Made by a program: the position numbers and the translations under genes. A stretch of DNA of 64,000 bases, from contig MU054187.1 of the NCBI GenBank assembly GCA_013239625.1, positions 4,971,757-5,035,756 on the forward strand, given 5' to 3'. Position 1 is the first letter of the stretch, and each line of letters starts with the position of its first letter. Below the pieces are notes generated by a model that saw only the letters and a list, made by a program, of their open reading frames with translations, did not search any database and had not been told where the DNA came from. This stretch comes from Lama guanicoe. Lineage: Eukaryota. Below are positions 13,041-25,886 of this stretch, one piece after another.

Positions 13041-16000
13041 GAGAGAGCCTGACCCACACTAGGTCGCTTCTGAGTTTTTAAAGAGTGGTTTGTTATACAT
13101 CTGGATTACCCTCAGAAGAGATTTGAAAGGGCACTCAATAAGTGTTAGTAAGGCTTTTTATCCCTTTTTCATTCTTATTTGGTGGGGCAATATTACTAAG
13201 ATCCCCATGTTTATGTAACTTTGATTCACTGTATTTCATTGCTTCCTGTCACTTAGCTATGTCAGACATGGTGTAGCACCTGCCCGGGATGACACAGACG
13301 GACTAGCCGGGCCACTGGGGAGGCTCCAGGGACAGAGCCCCGGTGCAGGAGGAGGCAAACAACACTGCAAGGGGAGAGGTCACACCCACCTGAGAAAGGG
13401 GGCTCTGTGGCTGGGCCTCTGGTCACGTTTGTCACCGTCCTTGAGCTGGCCTTCAGAATGCCAGCCTATTCCAACATTTTAAAATCCCTTTTAATCTTAA
13501 ATATTGCCATTTCCAGTCCTTTGTGTAACAGTCCAAGCTGAGTACTATTACCCAGCATGGACCACCTGACCACTCACAAAAGAAGAGGCAAGAACCCCAG
13601 GCTTTGCTTACACACCCCGTTGCATCGTACACAAAGACAGGCTCAGGTTTATTACTGTACACACTCCTGAATTAGGGATCAGACACATATTCTGTCTCAA
13701 GGGGCAGAAAGGCAAAAAAGACATTTTGGTCTTTTATTTGTCAAACTGTCATGTTTCTTTTCCTAGAGACTAAGTTCTGAATTTCTGTAACTCATGTACC
13801 CCGGAGATAGTTATAAAACACACTCCTAATAATTGCCATCAGCCTTCCAGTATCACCACTGATGGGTTGCAAAGTCAGAATATTTATACCCAATGTTATA
13901 AAATATCTTTCTAGAGATAGAACATTCTAGAAGCCAAATTTACCTACATGAAGTTGTCCTGCCTCTCTTAGGGTAGGATCACCATTTTCATTAATTACCA
14001 CTTATTACCATATTATATAAACTTGTTTGTTTTATTTTAAATTAATATTCAACCTACTCTTGCTACGAGTTTCCTATCTGGATGGCGGAATTCAGGAACT
14101 TGAATGTAGAATTCCCGGGTACTACAGAATTAGTTAGAATTAATTAACAAGTCAGAAAGACAAGACCCTGTGTGGACAGTGGCTTGAGGACACAGTCAGG
14201 AGGGCAGAAGCTATACATCATAAATGCATGCCATCCACAGGCAGATAGGAACCCACAGTATGGAAAAATTTATTGCCGAAAATCAAAGTGTAACATCAAC
14301 TAAAAACTCAGTAATGTGTTCTCTGCTTCTTTTTGACCTTCTGTTGTTGCTTATTTGAAGATCTTGGCAACTGTCAGTGATGGAATATTCATGAGGCTAC
14401 AGTCATTCCAAGACTGAAATGTTAGATTCTGCCACTTTTTCATAGACGACTGTAGAAGTGGGATTTCATTTAAATAAAAGTCTTTTTTTTTTTTTTAAAA
14501 ACACATCCTACGTACATGAGTCAGTAACAATTGTGGTTGAGCCATGAATGTAACTTTCATGAATGATAAATCTTGTTTGCCCTCTTACCCTGGATATTTC
14601 TACAAAAAAAATTTTTTTTTTCCTACTGTGGCTTGGCAATCAGTCACAAGATTGGCTAACTCCCGACTGCTTCTATGGAGAAAACATTTTTAAACAAAGT
14701 ATTTTTGTGTTAAAATAATTATTTTGAATTTAATACCAGTTGCCCATAATCACAAGATAAACTAATAATACGATCCTAAACCAGCAAGATCATAACATTT
14801 TCAGAATGAATTTGATATCAACATAAAAATATTTTCAGGCACCTTTCTCCATTAAAAAGTCCTCTGGCTAGTAAGCACATGGTAAACACACGCAGAATGT
14901 AGCTCATAATTCTATGCAAATATCAGAAAGAGTTCCAATTTGGCCGTCTCAGTAACTACGTAGGATTATCATGAGTGTAATAGTTTTATGTTCAAGTGGG
15001 ATTCTGCTGTATTAAACTCATTGTTAATCAAATCAGCCAAGCTCTCTCTGGAATTTTAATTTACACCTTTGCAAAATATTAGCAGTGCTTAATATCTGAC
15101 TTATTCATATGTTTGATTATTCATACACACCTTTAGAAAGAAGGCTCTCACCTCTCAATGCTGTATTCTTCTGTGTCTAGTTGTGATGAAAAACATACAT
15201 TTTCGTCCCAACAAGGTGATCATTATCTCTGGTAAGGTAATTGTTAATGTATTAAAAAATAACAGTAAAATGGATTCTACAAAACTTTTGACTTCAGAAA
15301 GCAACTCGTATTGTCTCTGCGTGCGAAGTATTTGTGATCTAGTAGCAGAGCATCATGCCCCAAAGTTTCAGGAGATGCTGGCAGTGGGCTCAAGAGAAAG
15401 GTCTCTGGTGCAGAGAGAGAAAGGCAGTATTATGTGGGGCACACCAGTGAACGACAGAATCATTTGTGCTCACACTTTCGCTTGAGTCCAACTTGTCTCT
15501 TTACTTCCCAATCCAGTTTCTTCACCTGATTCCTTTGCAGTGGAGACAGTAGGAGTGGAATCTGCTAGCACACCGAGCAGGATTTAGAGGTGCTCAACCC
15601 CATCCCTGCCTTTGCAGCTGTTTGACCTTGGGATGTCAGTCCAAGGCTCAATGTTGCAAAGTGGTTATTTAGATTCAGATTCTATTTTCATTTATTCAAT
15701 TTTTTAAAAAATATATACTAGGTGCTTTCACACATTTAATTTTGAGGGCAGCTCTCTAAGGAAGACACCATTGTCTCCTTTGAAGCAAATCGAGGCTCTG
15801 AAAGGTCAAGTGAGTGACTTGGCCAAGGAGACACAGTCAAGGGGCAGCCCTGACCCGACGCTGGTCTTGTCTCTCCAAAGTCTGGTGCTTTTTGCAATGA
15901 ACTCTGCCTTTTCTAATGATAGTGCCTTCCGACTTCTATCACAGGGTGGGTGTGAAAATCTAATGAGCTCAGGTAAAGGAAAGTTCTTTGTAAGCTGCAA

Positions 16001-19000
16001 AGAGGTGAAAGGTACAGGCGAACACAATCATTTCTCATACTGACTTTCCCACCACCCACTAACTGGTTAACAAGAGTACAAGCTTCTTATCTTCGACCAG
16101 GCAAGACTAGCCCCCACCAGACAATCATTTTAGGAAAAACACTAATAATCAATACAGGTAGACACTCTCATTTTTCAATTTTTGGCCAGAATCTGGGCTT
16201 TAGACACCTGTCTTTTAAAAAGATAAAAATTCTATCTCTCTTGATCAGTGCTCTGAGACTTGCTCAAGCGAAACCGTATCTGTGTCTGACACACAATTGC
16301 GATAGAGTCCTCAAATGTGCACTTCTCTACTTTGAAAACGAGAAAACTGGGTCAATTATGGAATTCACAAAGAGGGAAAAAGCACTATCCTAATTTTAGT
16401 TAAAGGACTAATATAAGATACACTGACCACTCACACTGAAGAGAAGGTCTCAGGCGGTCAGCTGGAAAATTCAGGCTCCAGAGAGAACGCTAGCAATCAG
16501 TGTTATTGTCAGAAATCACAAGCTTGTTTGCCTACACCGATCTGTTTCAACAAACGTATTTTCAATGCTCTTTTTCAGTTGGACTGTAAAAATTGTGCCA
16601 AGATGGTCATTGTAAGAGATGAGCCTTTCATTGCTATCTATATGGGTAATGATTTTGTATAAAATTCTTTCCATTTACAGTGATCAATAACATTTCCATT
16701 TGACAAGTGTGCCCCCCCACCCCCGCCAAAACACTACCTTCCTCTAGGCCACGCTTGAACTGAATAGATACCTAAGGACAAAGAAGTACCTACTATTCAC
16801 TCAGTGGAATAAACACTGGCCCAATATAACTCTTTTTTCTACCAGCGATTATGTTATCATAAAAATGAATCATGTACTGAACAGTCAGAAGCAATATATT
16901 ATACCAAATGGCTATTAAAAATGTAATGCTTGGCATGTAAGTAATACAATTTCCATACATACGTGAGTAGATGAATACATATGACACTGTTCTGCACAGC
17001 AAGACAAATATAGTATATGAGATATTCTAGATGTATACATGGTGATAATAAAGGATGTAGAAAACGAGGAGCCAAAAGAAAGTCCTAACCAGTACTTGTA
17101 CTTCCATTTTAAGAGTTTCTGCTTTAAGTTGTTTTTAACTGTTTCCTCAGTTTTTTGGTTGTTTACAGCTTCTATGAACCTAAGCAGAAGATCTGATTTA
17201 CTTTAAATTGAAAAAAAAATGCTCAGACAATGCAACAATCTCAAATATGTACCTTAGTAGCTTCTGACCCCACCTATTCACATCATCCGAGTGTATTTCT
17301 TGGGGCCAGGGGTATGCAGGACATTACTATATAGACCATAATTTAATCACTGCAAACAAGGACAGCCTAGGAATGACAGTGAAATATGTATTTCTCCATG
17401 TGGACAGCATGCTAAGATGAAGATGTTTAAAACAATCAAATTAAATTGAAGATAATGTGTAATTGGTAGAGTTTTAGGTAAATATTTAGACCTTTGTTGA
17501 AATGAATTTTTACAAAGAAGTAGCAAAGAATAAGATAAAAAAAAAATCCATTCTTTTGCATTTTGTTGGCAACAGAATGTTTCTACAGTTCATATAAACA
17601 AGAAGAATCCACTATTTTAACTGTACACCTTTTACAGCATCAGTAGAATTTTGAGTTTCATCTAAGACCATTCTTAATTAGAAACCAGTAATGGAATAGC
17701 TTATCAAATATTTTATTTTTTTCCTTCAAAAATCCACATAGAATTGTTTGGCGACTTTGCTTTGAAGAAAGTGTCTTTTATTACTTATTTTAGTACAACA
17801 CATTAAAATCAAATATCTCCTGTAGCAAAACGATTCAAGTCCCTGGAACTCAAATAATTTTCTAATAAAAAATGCATGAGACAAATAAATGCACTTTATG
17901 TTCCACAAGAAAAGGCAGTTTCAACAGGCTAATGCTCAGAGAAAATTCATTTTATCAACCAGCCATTTCATTCTTTGGTGCTGTTACAAGCGCCTTCCAG
18001 TTGCTAGGCAACCATAATTCATAGTACCTTTTAATGGATACTCTGCTACTGCTGAGAACATTAAGGTGAAGAGAATAAATGCCTTGGGTGAATCTTGAAA
18101 TCTTTCATTATGCATGTCATTCTATTTCTGTAATGCTATAATGCTGAAATGTTTCTGTGGCAGGAAACTGAGTTGTAGTAATTGCATATTCCACTCATAT
18201 GTGTTTTGTAAGCAGAGCAGCACGTTCTTGTCTAAAATGAGTTATTTCAAACATGATTGAAATTGGACTTTTCTACTTCTAAAGGTAGTAAATAAATCTA
18301 CAGAAAGAAAGAATTGGTTTAGAGTAAAATGTCTTGAAATTTCCAGGAAGAATGAAGAAATCTTACAGCACAAATCAAAAGTCATCAAGCTGGTTCAAGC
18401 TCGATCAGGATGGTTTATGAAAATGTGGTACATACAAGTTGAAAGGTAAAAACACAACAACAGGCAGAACACACCACATGCTTTAAAACCAGCCAGGCCA
18501 ACTTCCTAACAGGTATACACACATGCTAGTGATCCCCATGTGTCCAGGTCTTAGTGAAAAGGATGGGAATGCAGCAGCTATGCTTTCCACATTGTTGTCA
18601 AATGGAAAAGATACTATATACAATTTCTGATCTAAAATTAGTTTAATTTTTTCAATACTAGTAACTTATCTATTTTTATATATAGATTCATCTTACCAAT
18701 TTAAAAAATGAATCTAGGGTTTCAACCCAGCGCAATTATCATTAGAGCAAGTGTGCTTTTTTTTTAAAACTCTTTTCTCCTTAACATGGGTTCATAGTCC
18801 TTTCAATGCAAAAATAACAGCCTTTTTCTAATAAATGCCACTTCCCCCTCTTCCTTACTGCATTTACTTACTGGTCACCGTCAATTTCTGCACTGAAAAA
18901 GAACAACCCTGCCTCTGTCTTCATGCATGAGGGAAAAACAAACACTTCCATCCATCATCTACATGTTGATTCAAACCAGTGGTTCTCAACTGGTGGCAGT

Positions 19001-20587
19001 TGTAGGGGGTTCCTACGAGAGAACTGGTTGGCTTACCCAGACCTATGGAATCAGAATCTCTGGAAAATAGATGCTGGTGGGAAAAACACTGAGTTTGGGA
19101 CTCAAACCCAGGGTGAGAAAACAATGTCAAGTCTGGAGGCTTCTCTCAAATCTAGAATTTGGGTGATGTTTTAGGTTTCATTTTGAATTAGGGAACTTTA
19201 ATTATATGAAAGATATATATATATATATATATATACATAGTATAAATATACATCTTACATGTGGTCTGGAAAGATGAGCTAGTTGATCATGTTACTTTGT
19301 CAAAAATGGGATATAAATCTGTCTTCTGATCATTTGGATGATTTAAATTCAGCTTCTTTCAAAAGCTGCATGAATCACATCTACCACTTCACAGTAAAAT
19401 ACGGTTCTTTGTTTCTTTCTCATTCCATCCTTACGCCTGAAAATAATGTTGAATATCCTTTGTGAGCATGTGAAAAATCTAGCAATCTTTTCCTGAACTC
19501 CTCTGAACTCCACTCAGTCTCCCTTCTTACAGTCATGCCGCTCTCCCAGTACTTGCTAAGTGTCACCTGTCACAAAGCTTTAAAATGACTTCGTAGCACC
19601 CTCTGCCCTCACTGCCTGCTGGTGGGGGGGTCCAGCCTGAAGCATGAAAATGAAAGTAACTGTCCTCAATTAAAAAATACTGTTTACTTAAAAAAAATAG
19701 GTCTTTGAATGAAAGTTAACCTTTTCTGAAAAGCACTAACTGAGCAAATAGGATGCATATGGTCCATCCAGGCCCTGATCACGGAAATTAAGAACCGCGG
19801 AATTAAGTCAGAGTACGACTAGAAACCCTGGAGGGAAGACATGATTTTGTAAGAATTGGTGCTGTTGAAACACAGTATTAAACAAATGTTCCAGGATGGG
19901 TGTTGAGGGAGTTTGCTATATTACAAATGTGCAGTGGCCTCTTGTTTTAGGTGGGGTGTTAAAACTGAGGGCCTTGATCATATGCCATCATTAAAGATCC
20001 TAGGGTAAATGTACTTCTTGTAAAAGGAGGCGGGGTCGTCCGAAGCCTGGACCAATTCCAACTGCGTAATTACATCCTATCTAAATTCCCTGCGTAGTTT
20101 CAACTGGATAAGGTATGTTTCACGTCTCATCCAAAACTCAGACAGAGCTTTTCTCTGCACTGCTGAACAGCTGCTGCAGCTTTCCCCCAGTGGTATTTAG
20201 AACCGGGCTCAGATGGGTTTTCCATCAATTCCAGGAATATTCATCTCTGCTCTCCAAGTTTAATAAGGGATCTTTTTGAATATTGGCTAATATTTACATT
20301 AGCAGACCTCTCACTAAATTGGGGTACGTGGTAAATATGGAATTTTTGAACAGGAGGCAACCTCAGGGGTCACCTGGGTTTGCATCCTTGCTTCACGAGA
20401 GAAAGCTGAATTGCTAATGAGTTAACACATATCCAGGGCCTATTACGTGGACTTAGAGATATTTAATTAATGAATGCCCCACAGTTACACAAATATATGA
20501 TCTCACATCCAGAACTCTTAACACTGAACCCCAGCCTGTTCATCCAGGGCTCTTTTCACTGTGCTATTTTTGGTTTTATATATATAC

Positions 20588-20594
<7 letters not shown>

Positions 20595-20628
<34 letters not shown>
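20595..20628. repeat. (TA)17 microsatellite
   Basis: Directly visible. Confidence 0.95.
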
Positions 20629-20631
<3 letters not shown>

Positions 20632-20945
20632 CTCATCAGACGGAATCTCTTATTCCTGGTTATAGAGGTTAGATGCGCAGCAGTAATAACATGAACCATA
20701 CAAGTAATACTCAAACCTTATTTTAGCAGTTAAGTAAGATTACATGTGTAGGACGCCGGGCTCAGATTATGTTTCATCAAGAGATGCATGGTGTGTTTCA
20801 GTGAGAAAAATATTCAGATACACTGATTTGAATGGTTTTGCTAAGAAAGAGGCAAATTCTGGATCCACAAACTGCTACACAGTAACAATTTACAAAATGC
20901 TTTTTCACTGAAAACTGTGTGCTTTTTGGGGGGATGTGCGTTTGA

Positions 20946-21075
20946 TGTCTGTCTTTCCCGCTAGACTATAAACGCCGCGATTGTAGGAACTATACATACA
21001 TATATACGGTTTTATTTACTGCTGCTAAAGCACAGAGACTTGTTCCAAGTAGGGGGCGCAATAAATGTTTGCTCT
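20946..21075 (+). mobile_element. L2 3' tail remnant
   Basis: TGTCTGTCTTTCCCGCTAGACTATAAAC...GCACAGAGACTTGTTCCAAGTAGGGGGCGCAATAAATGTTTGCT resembles the L2 3' end. Confidence 0.6.
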
Positions 21076-21130
21076 TCGATTATTCAGGGGTTTTCCAGGT
21101 TGCAAACAAGCACTTTCACACCTAGGCTTC

Positions 21131-21340
21131 CGTGCGGCTTCACAGCCTGTCCGGGGACCGCCCCGGCCGCCCCCGACCTCTGCCGGATCCACTGGGCCGA
21201 ACGAAGGGCTCGCCCGGTCCCGGTCCCCGCAGGCGCGCAGGCCGCGCGACCCCCGGGCAACCGCTTCTCGTCTTTCCTGACGCGGCAGCAGCGGCCCAGC
21301 CACGGTGGCCACCCTGCCGCCAACGTCTTCTCGTCCCACG
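21131..21340. promoter_or_regulatory. Small intragenic CpG island-like patch
   Basis: About 30 CpGs in ~210 bp (hand count), very GC-rich, within AT-rich intron. Function is inferred. Confidence 0.6.
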
Positions 21341-23277
21341 GTACCCTGGCTGATAATCAGTTATTCTCACAGTTCCCACGAGCTCACCGTGCCTTCAACA
21401 TGCCTGCCCCGGAGCAGGAGCCGAATAAACACTTACTGATGACCAGAAACGAGGCAGTCAATTGGCTGGAAGTCAGGCAGCAGGTGAATGAGAAAGAAAA
21501 CGTCCGTATTACACACAAGTAGATACGTGGCCACTGGAGAATTTGAAATTACTGCTCGGCACTACCACAGGGGGGTAATTAGATTTACTAGTCAAATGAC
21601 TAATCTTCTAAAAAGTTTTCCCCTTGGAAGGTCTCAGCCACATAGGTGATAGTTTCCTATTTGAAACTTCGCTAATTTGAAAGTTGTCCTTTGGGGAAAA
21701 AATCTTGAATTACAGTTTACTAGAGATGTTCTGCTTTGTTTTGAAAAGGGAAAAAACCTCCAGTACTTCTGCTGTCAGAAAGTGCCCAAGGTCACTAGCA
21801 GTAAACGTCGTCTTGGCTGGATAAGATGCGTGCACAGGCGGGGGTTTTCCGGCCAAGCTAAGGCCTCCTTCCTACAGGTTTCACTGGATCTGCTTCTTGC
21901 TCTGCGAATCAGTCCCAGTTCCCCCACGCTTTGTGTGGGGATAGGTTTTCGGTGATTGCACACAGCAAGTTCACAACGTGCACCAGGGCTCGCATTATCC
22001 CTTCGTACTGTCAAAGTGTAGAGTTACAATTCGGATTCCCTTTCCCATTATGGCCCATTATCCAATCATCTGGTTTTGATCCTGTGGCAACGTTTAGTCA
22101 CATTTCTGAATGTTCTTTATGAAATCGGGCAATGTTGTGTCACAATCACGCCAAAGACTCTGAGCAAGAACAGTAAAGCATCTCATAATTGTGCCCTGCC
22201 CGCATTTTGAGGCCATTTTCCTTTTAATTACTGTCAAATTCAATTTCACACCTTTTCATTCTTTGTTTAAAGATGTACTTTTCTGGGGAATATAAAATAT
22301 TAGCTGATATTTACATTCTGAGAAAGCCTCCTACTAATCTTTTCCCGAAACAAATTTAACTGTAAGTTCAATATTAATTGGAAGTTGATGGGGATGACTA
22401 TTATACAAACAGAGAAATGGATTTCTTTTCAAGTAAACATGCTTTTTCAGGTCTTCTGTTTGGTCCAGTACGTGTCCGGTAAGGGTCACAATACTGCAAA
22501 ACCAGTATCTTAGTTGTACAAGGAGGAAAAGAAAGGGATTTCTCAATATCATTTATCAAAGTAAGAAGAAAAAATAAAAAATAAAAACAGAGACCCATCT
22601 ACTAGAAGGTCACAGCCAATAACGTTTCTGCAAATAGAAAAAGGATGGGGGAGCATCAGATGTAAATTGCTGTTTGCTGAAGAATTTTAATGGAGTTCTA
22701 CGTCACATTATAAAATGTTTAATTGTAACCCCATTTTAATAACACCATCTGATTAAATGAAAAGACGCCTTGCTGATCGCAATTACAATCTGTCAAACTG
22801 CATATTTATTTACAGTTTGGTTTTCTAAAACCATAAGATAAAAAAAGAAAACTCTATTCAGCTTGTCAGGAAACTATAATTATTGTGTATCCTTCTGTCA
22901 GTTTCTGCATAAAACTTTTGGTCTTAAAATGGATCTAATTATATCTACATCAACATTTTTATAAATGCTACTTTTTTTTTTTTACTTCATCTCAGTGAAA
23001 TCTTTGTCGTTAACTAGGAAAAACATATTCTCTCTTTTTAAAAGGCATTAGCCAGGCTTGTTTGCTTTCTCTTCTTCAAGATGTTATAAAATAAAACATC
23101 CTTTTAAAAATATAAAAATATTTGCTTATGTCCCCCTCTCTCCTGGCATGAGATTATGGAAAAAAAAAAAAAAACCCCAAACCTAACAGTTTTTGGCTGT
23201 TCTGGCAACACTGTTTGTGATTGTCTTGGATATCATGAAATTCCTTCAGTCTGCAGCCATGAAAATCTAAGTCTCTC

Positions 23278-23731
23278 TTTTTTTATTGAAGTATACAATG
23301 TTATGTTAGTTTCTGGTGTACAGTATAAGTGATTCAGTTATATATACATATATTTCTTTTCATATTCTTTTTCATTATAAGCTATCACAAGGTATTAAAT
23401 ACCATTCCCTGTGCTATACAGTAGGACCTTGCTGTTCATCTATTTTATATATAGTAGTTAGTATTTGCAAATCCCAAACTCCCAATTTATCGTTCCACCC
23501 CTCTTTTCCCCACCGGCACCACAATTTTGTTTTCTATGACTCTGAGTCTGTTTCTGTTTTGTAAATAAGTTCATTTGTCTCATTTTTTTAGATCCCAAAT
23601 ATAAGTGGTATCATATGGTATTTTACCTTCTCTTTCTGCCTTCTCTTACTTCATTTAGTATGACAAACTCAGAGCCATCCATGTTGCCACAAAGGGCATT
23701 ATTTTATTCTTTTTTATGGCTGAGTAGTATT

Positions 23732-23769
<38 letters not shown>

Positions 23770-23820
23770 CCACATCTTCTTTATCCAATCATCTGTTGAT
23801 GGACATTTAGGTTGCTCCCA
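23278..23820 (-). mobile_element. 5'-truncated L1 3' end (artiodactyl-type)
   Basis: TTTTTTTATTGAAGTATA...TTTCTGGTGTACAG...CATCTTCTTTATCCAATCATCTGTTGATGGACATTTAGGTTGCT, a typical reverse L1 3' region. Confidence 0.9.
23734..23766. repeat. (TG)16 microsatellite within the L1
   Basis: Directly visible. Confidence 0.95.
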
Positions 23821-24764
23821 GGCCTCTTTTCATAATTATATTCTGATGTTCAAGGCCTGGAGATTCTCTATAGCTCCAAGAACACACAAAGGAAAAGACT
23901 GGTCAACTGGGATGTCTTTTCTCCGAGATCCTCCCAACTTTTCCCCAAACCCTTTGTATTTCTGCTGCCCACCTCCTTCCCAGGCACTCAATGGCTTCAT
24001 TCTTCTTGGGGTCATCCGCTTTGTAAAACACTTCATGGAAATGTACCAAACACTGACTATGTATCAAATTGTGCATGTGTTACTTCCTGCCCGTTTAGGG
24101 TCCACTTAAGTGAAGGACTTGCTAGTTAACCTACATTTATGTGGAGATGTTCACGGGTGATCGTGCTTAATACTCCGCCCATTCTGGGGATCAAATTATT
24201 CAACTAATGTAATAAAAGAGTTAGCGAACCCATCTGAAGGAGGGACAGGAATGTCATTTTGAGGCACCAGGGCAGCATGTGGGACTGACCTGGACCCTCT
24301 TCCTGCCCGAAGCCCTAGCCCAGCTTTGGGGATGCTCTCTAGTGAACCCCTGGGTTATTTCAGGTTGGCACCATCATACCACCTCGGGATAGAAACACGG
24401 CAGTTCCTGGAAAGCACAAACTTGATGTCCAGCTTTATATACTGAAAGTGGATACAAGGCATGTGATAAGAATTCAACTCATTGGTCTCAAATATGCCTG
24501 GCGCCTTCAAATATATAGAAAGATCCAAACTTACAGATTGGGAAGAAGAATCGCAATTTGTTGAATGTGAGACAATGACTTGATGTTAAAGAACCCTCAT
24601 AGTAGAAATGTGCAGAGATCCCACTGATGGGGAACTTAGAGGCTGTATTTCCAACTGTTTACACGTAACTCGCACATGCGATCTAACATGGCACGTGGGC
24701 CGTTAGGATGGGGTTCCTGCACACCTGGCTGGCCTCCACTCCTCTTATGCCTCTCACATTTTTA

Positions 24765-24915
24765 GGGTTTTGTTTTGTTTTGTTTTTTTAAATTTATTTT
24801 TTGGGGGCAGCAATTAGGTTTACTTATTTATTTTTAGAGCAGGTACTGGGGATTAAACCCAGGACCTTGTGTATGCTAAGCACGCACTCCACCACTGAAC
24901 TATCCCCTTCTCCCT
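24765..24915 (-). mobile_element. tRNA-derived SINE, camelid Vic-1-like
   Basis: Minus strand has a tRNA-like head (ATAGTTCAGTGGTGGAGTGCGTGCTTAGCATACACAAGGTCCTGGGTTTAATCCCCAGTACC) and A-rich tail. 15-bp TSD CCTCTCACATTTTTA at 24750-24764 and 24916-24930. Confidence 0.88.
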
Positions 24916-25584
24916 CCTCTCACATTTTTAAACCTACCTCCTGCTGCCCGAATGTGCCACTCTGACCTCTGTGCTGTTCTTCAGTCATGCTGTTCTGTTC
25001 CCCTTGCCCCAAAAGACTGCTTGTTCAGTTGCGTTTTTCCTCTTTCAACACTGCAAACTCAACTTTGAAAGACACCTGAAGGCCATTTTTGCACACTGCA
25101 GGCAGATTCATAAGCAATTTCTCCTGTGTCCCATATACAATTTGTTTGTATCTCCTCCAAAGCAACGATCATAACATATATATATTTGCATGTCTTTTTA
25201 TGTGATATTAGAGTCAAGGGCCATGGGATCTTGGCAAGGCTTGTGCCTTGCACAGTGCCTGGAATACAGAAGACACTCGCTATATATTTATTGACCTAAT
25301 CCAACTGTCTTGTTTATCCTCTTCTGATGGAGAGTTCTCTTGCCTCAAATGATCTCTTAGGAACAAAAAATGACTTTAGCCTGAAGCAGCCTGCTCGAGG
25401 CATAGGCGGTTCTCAGTGTTTCATTATACAAAGTTGAAAAGTGCCTACAGCTTTCTCTCCTTTCTCATCATATTGTCCTCTAGAGTTTCTCGTTAGCAGA
25501 ATGACATTGTCTATCTACCCTTATTAAGAACTTGTAGGTTTGGAGATTAGTTATTTTCAGGGAACCCAGAAAAACTACTAGCTT

Positions 25585-25886
25585 TGTGGTTTTCAGCCCT
25601 AGCAGCACATTAAAATCACCTGGGGAGTTCTGAAAAAAATACTCATCTTTGGACCCCACCCCAGAACAAACAGCTCGAATGGCTTTGTGGTGGGTCCTAG
25701 TGCATTTTGCCTGCTGGTGAGCACTGTGTCTTGACAAAAGAGTGCTTCTTGCTGCTCAAACCACGGAACCTAGGCTAGGGGCACAGGCCTCACTTCTCAG
25801 GCCCCAGCCCAGACTTGCTGAACCAGAGTCTAACCTTCGTACGAGCTCACTGATTTGCATACACATTAAAGTTTGAGAAGCACTGA
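25585..25886. mobile_element. Two adjacent MER5-family (hAT-Charlie) remnants
   Basis: CACATTAAAATCACCTGGGGAG...GGACCCCACCCCAGA and CAGGCCCCAGCCCAGACTTGCTGAACCAGAGTCT...CACATTAAAGTTTGAGAAGCACTG. Confidence 0.7.

Noticed and set aside
21025..21522. Six overlapping ORFs
   Set aside because: Explained by stop-codon depletion in the CpG patch; translations are low-complexity R/G/P/A.
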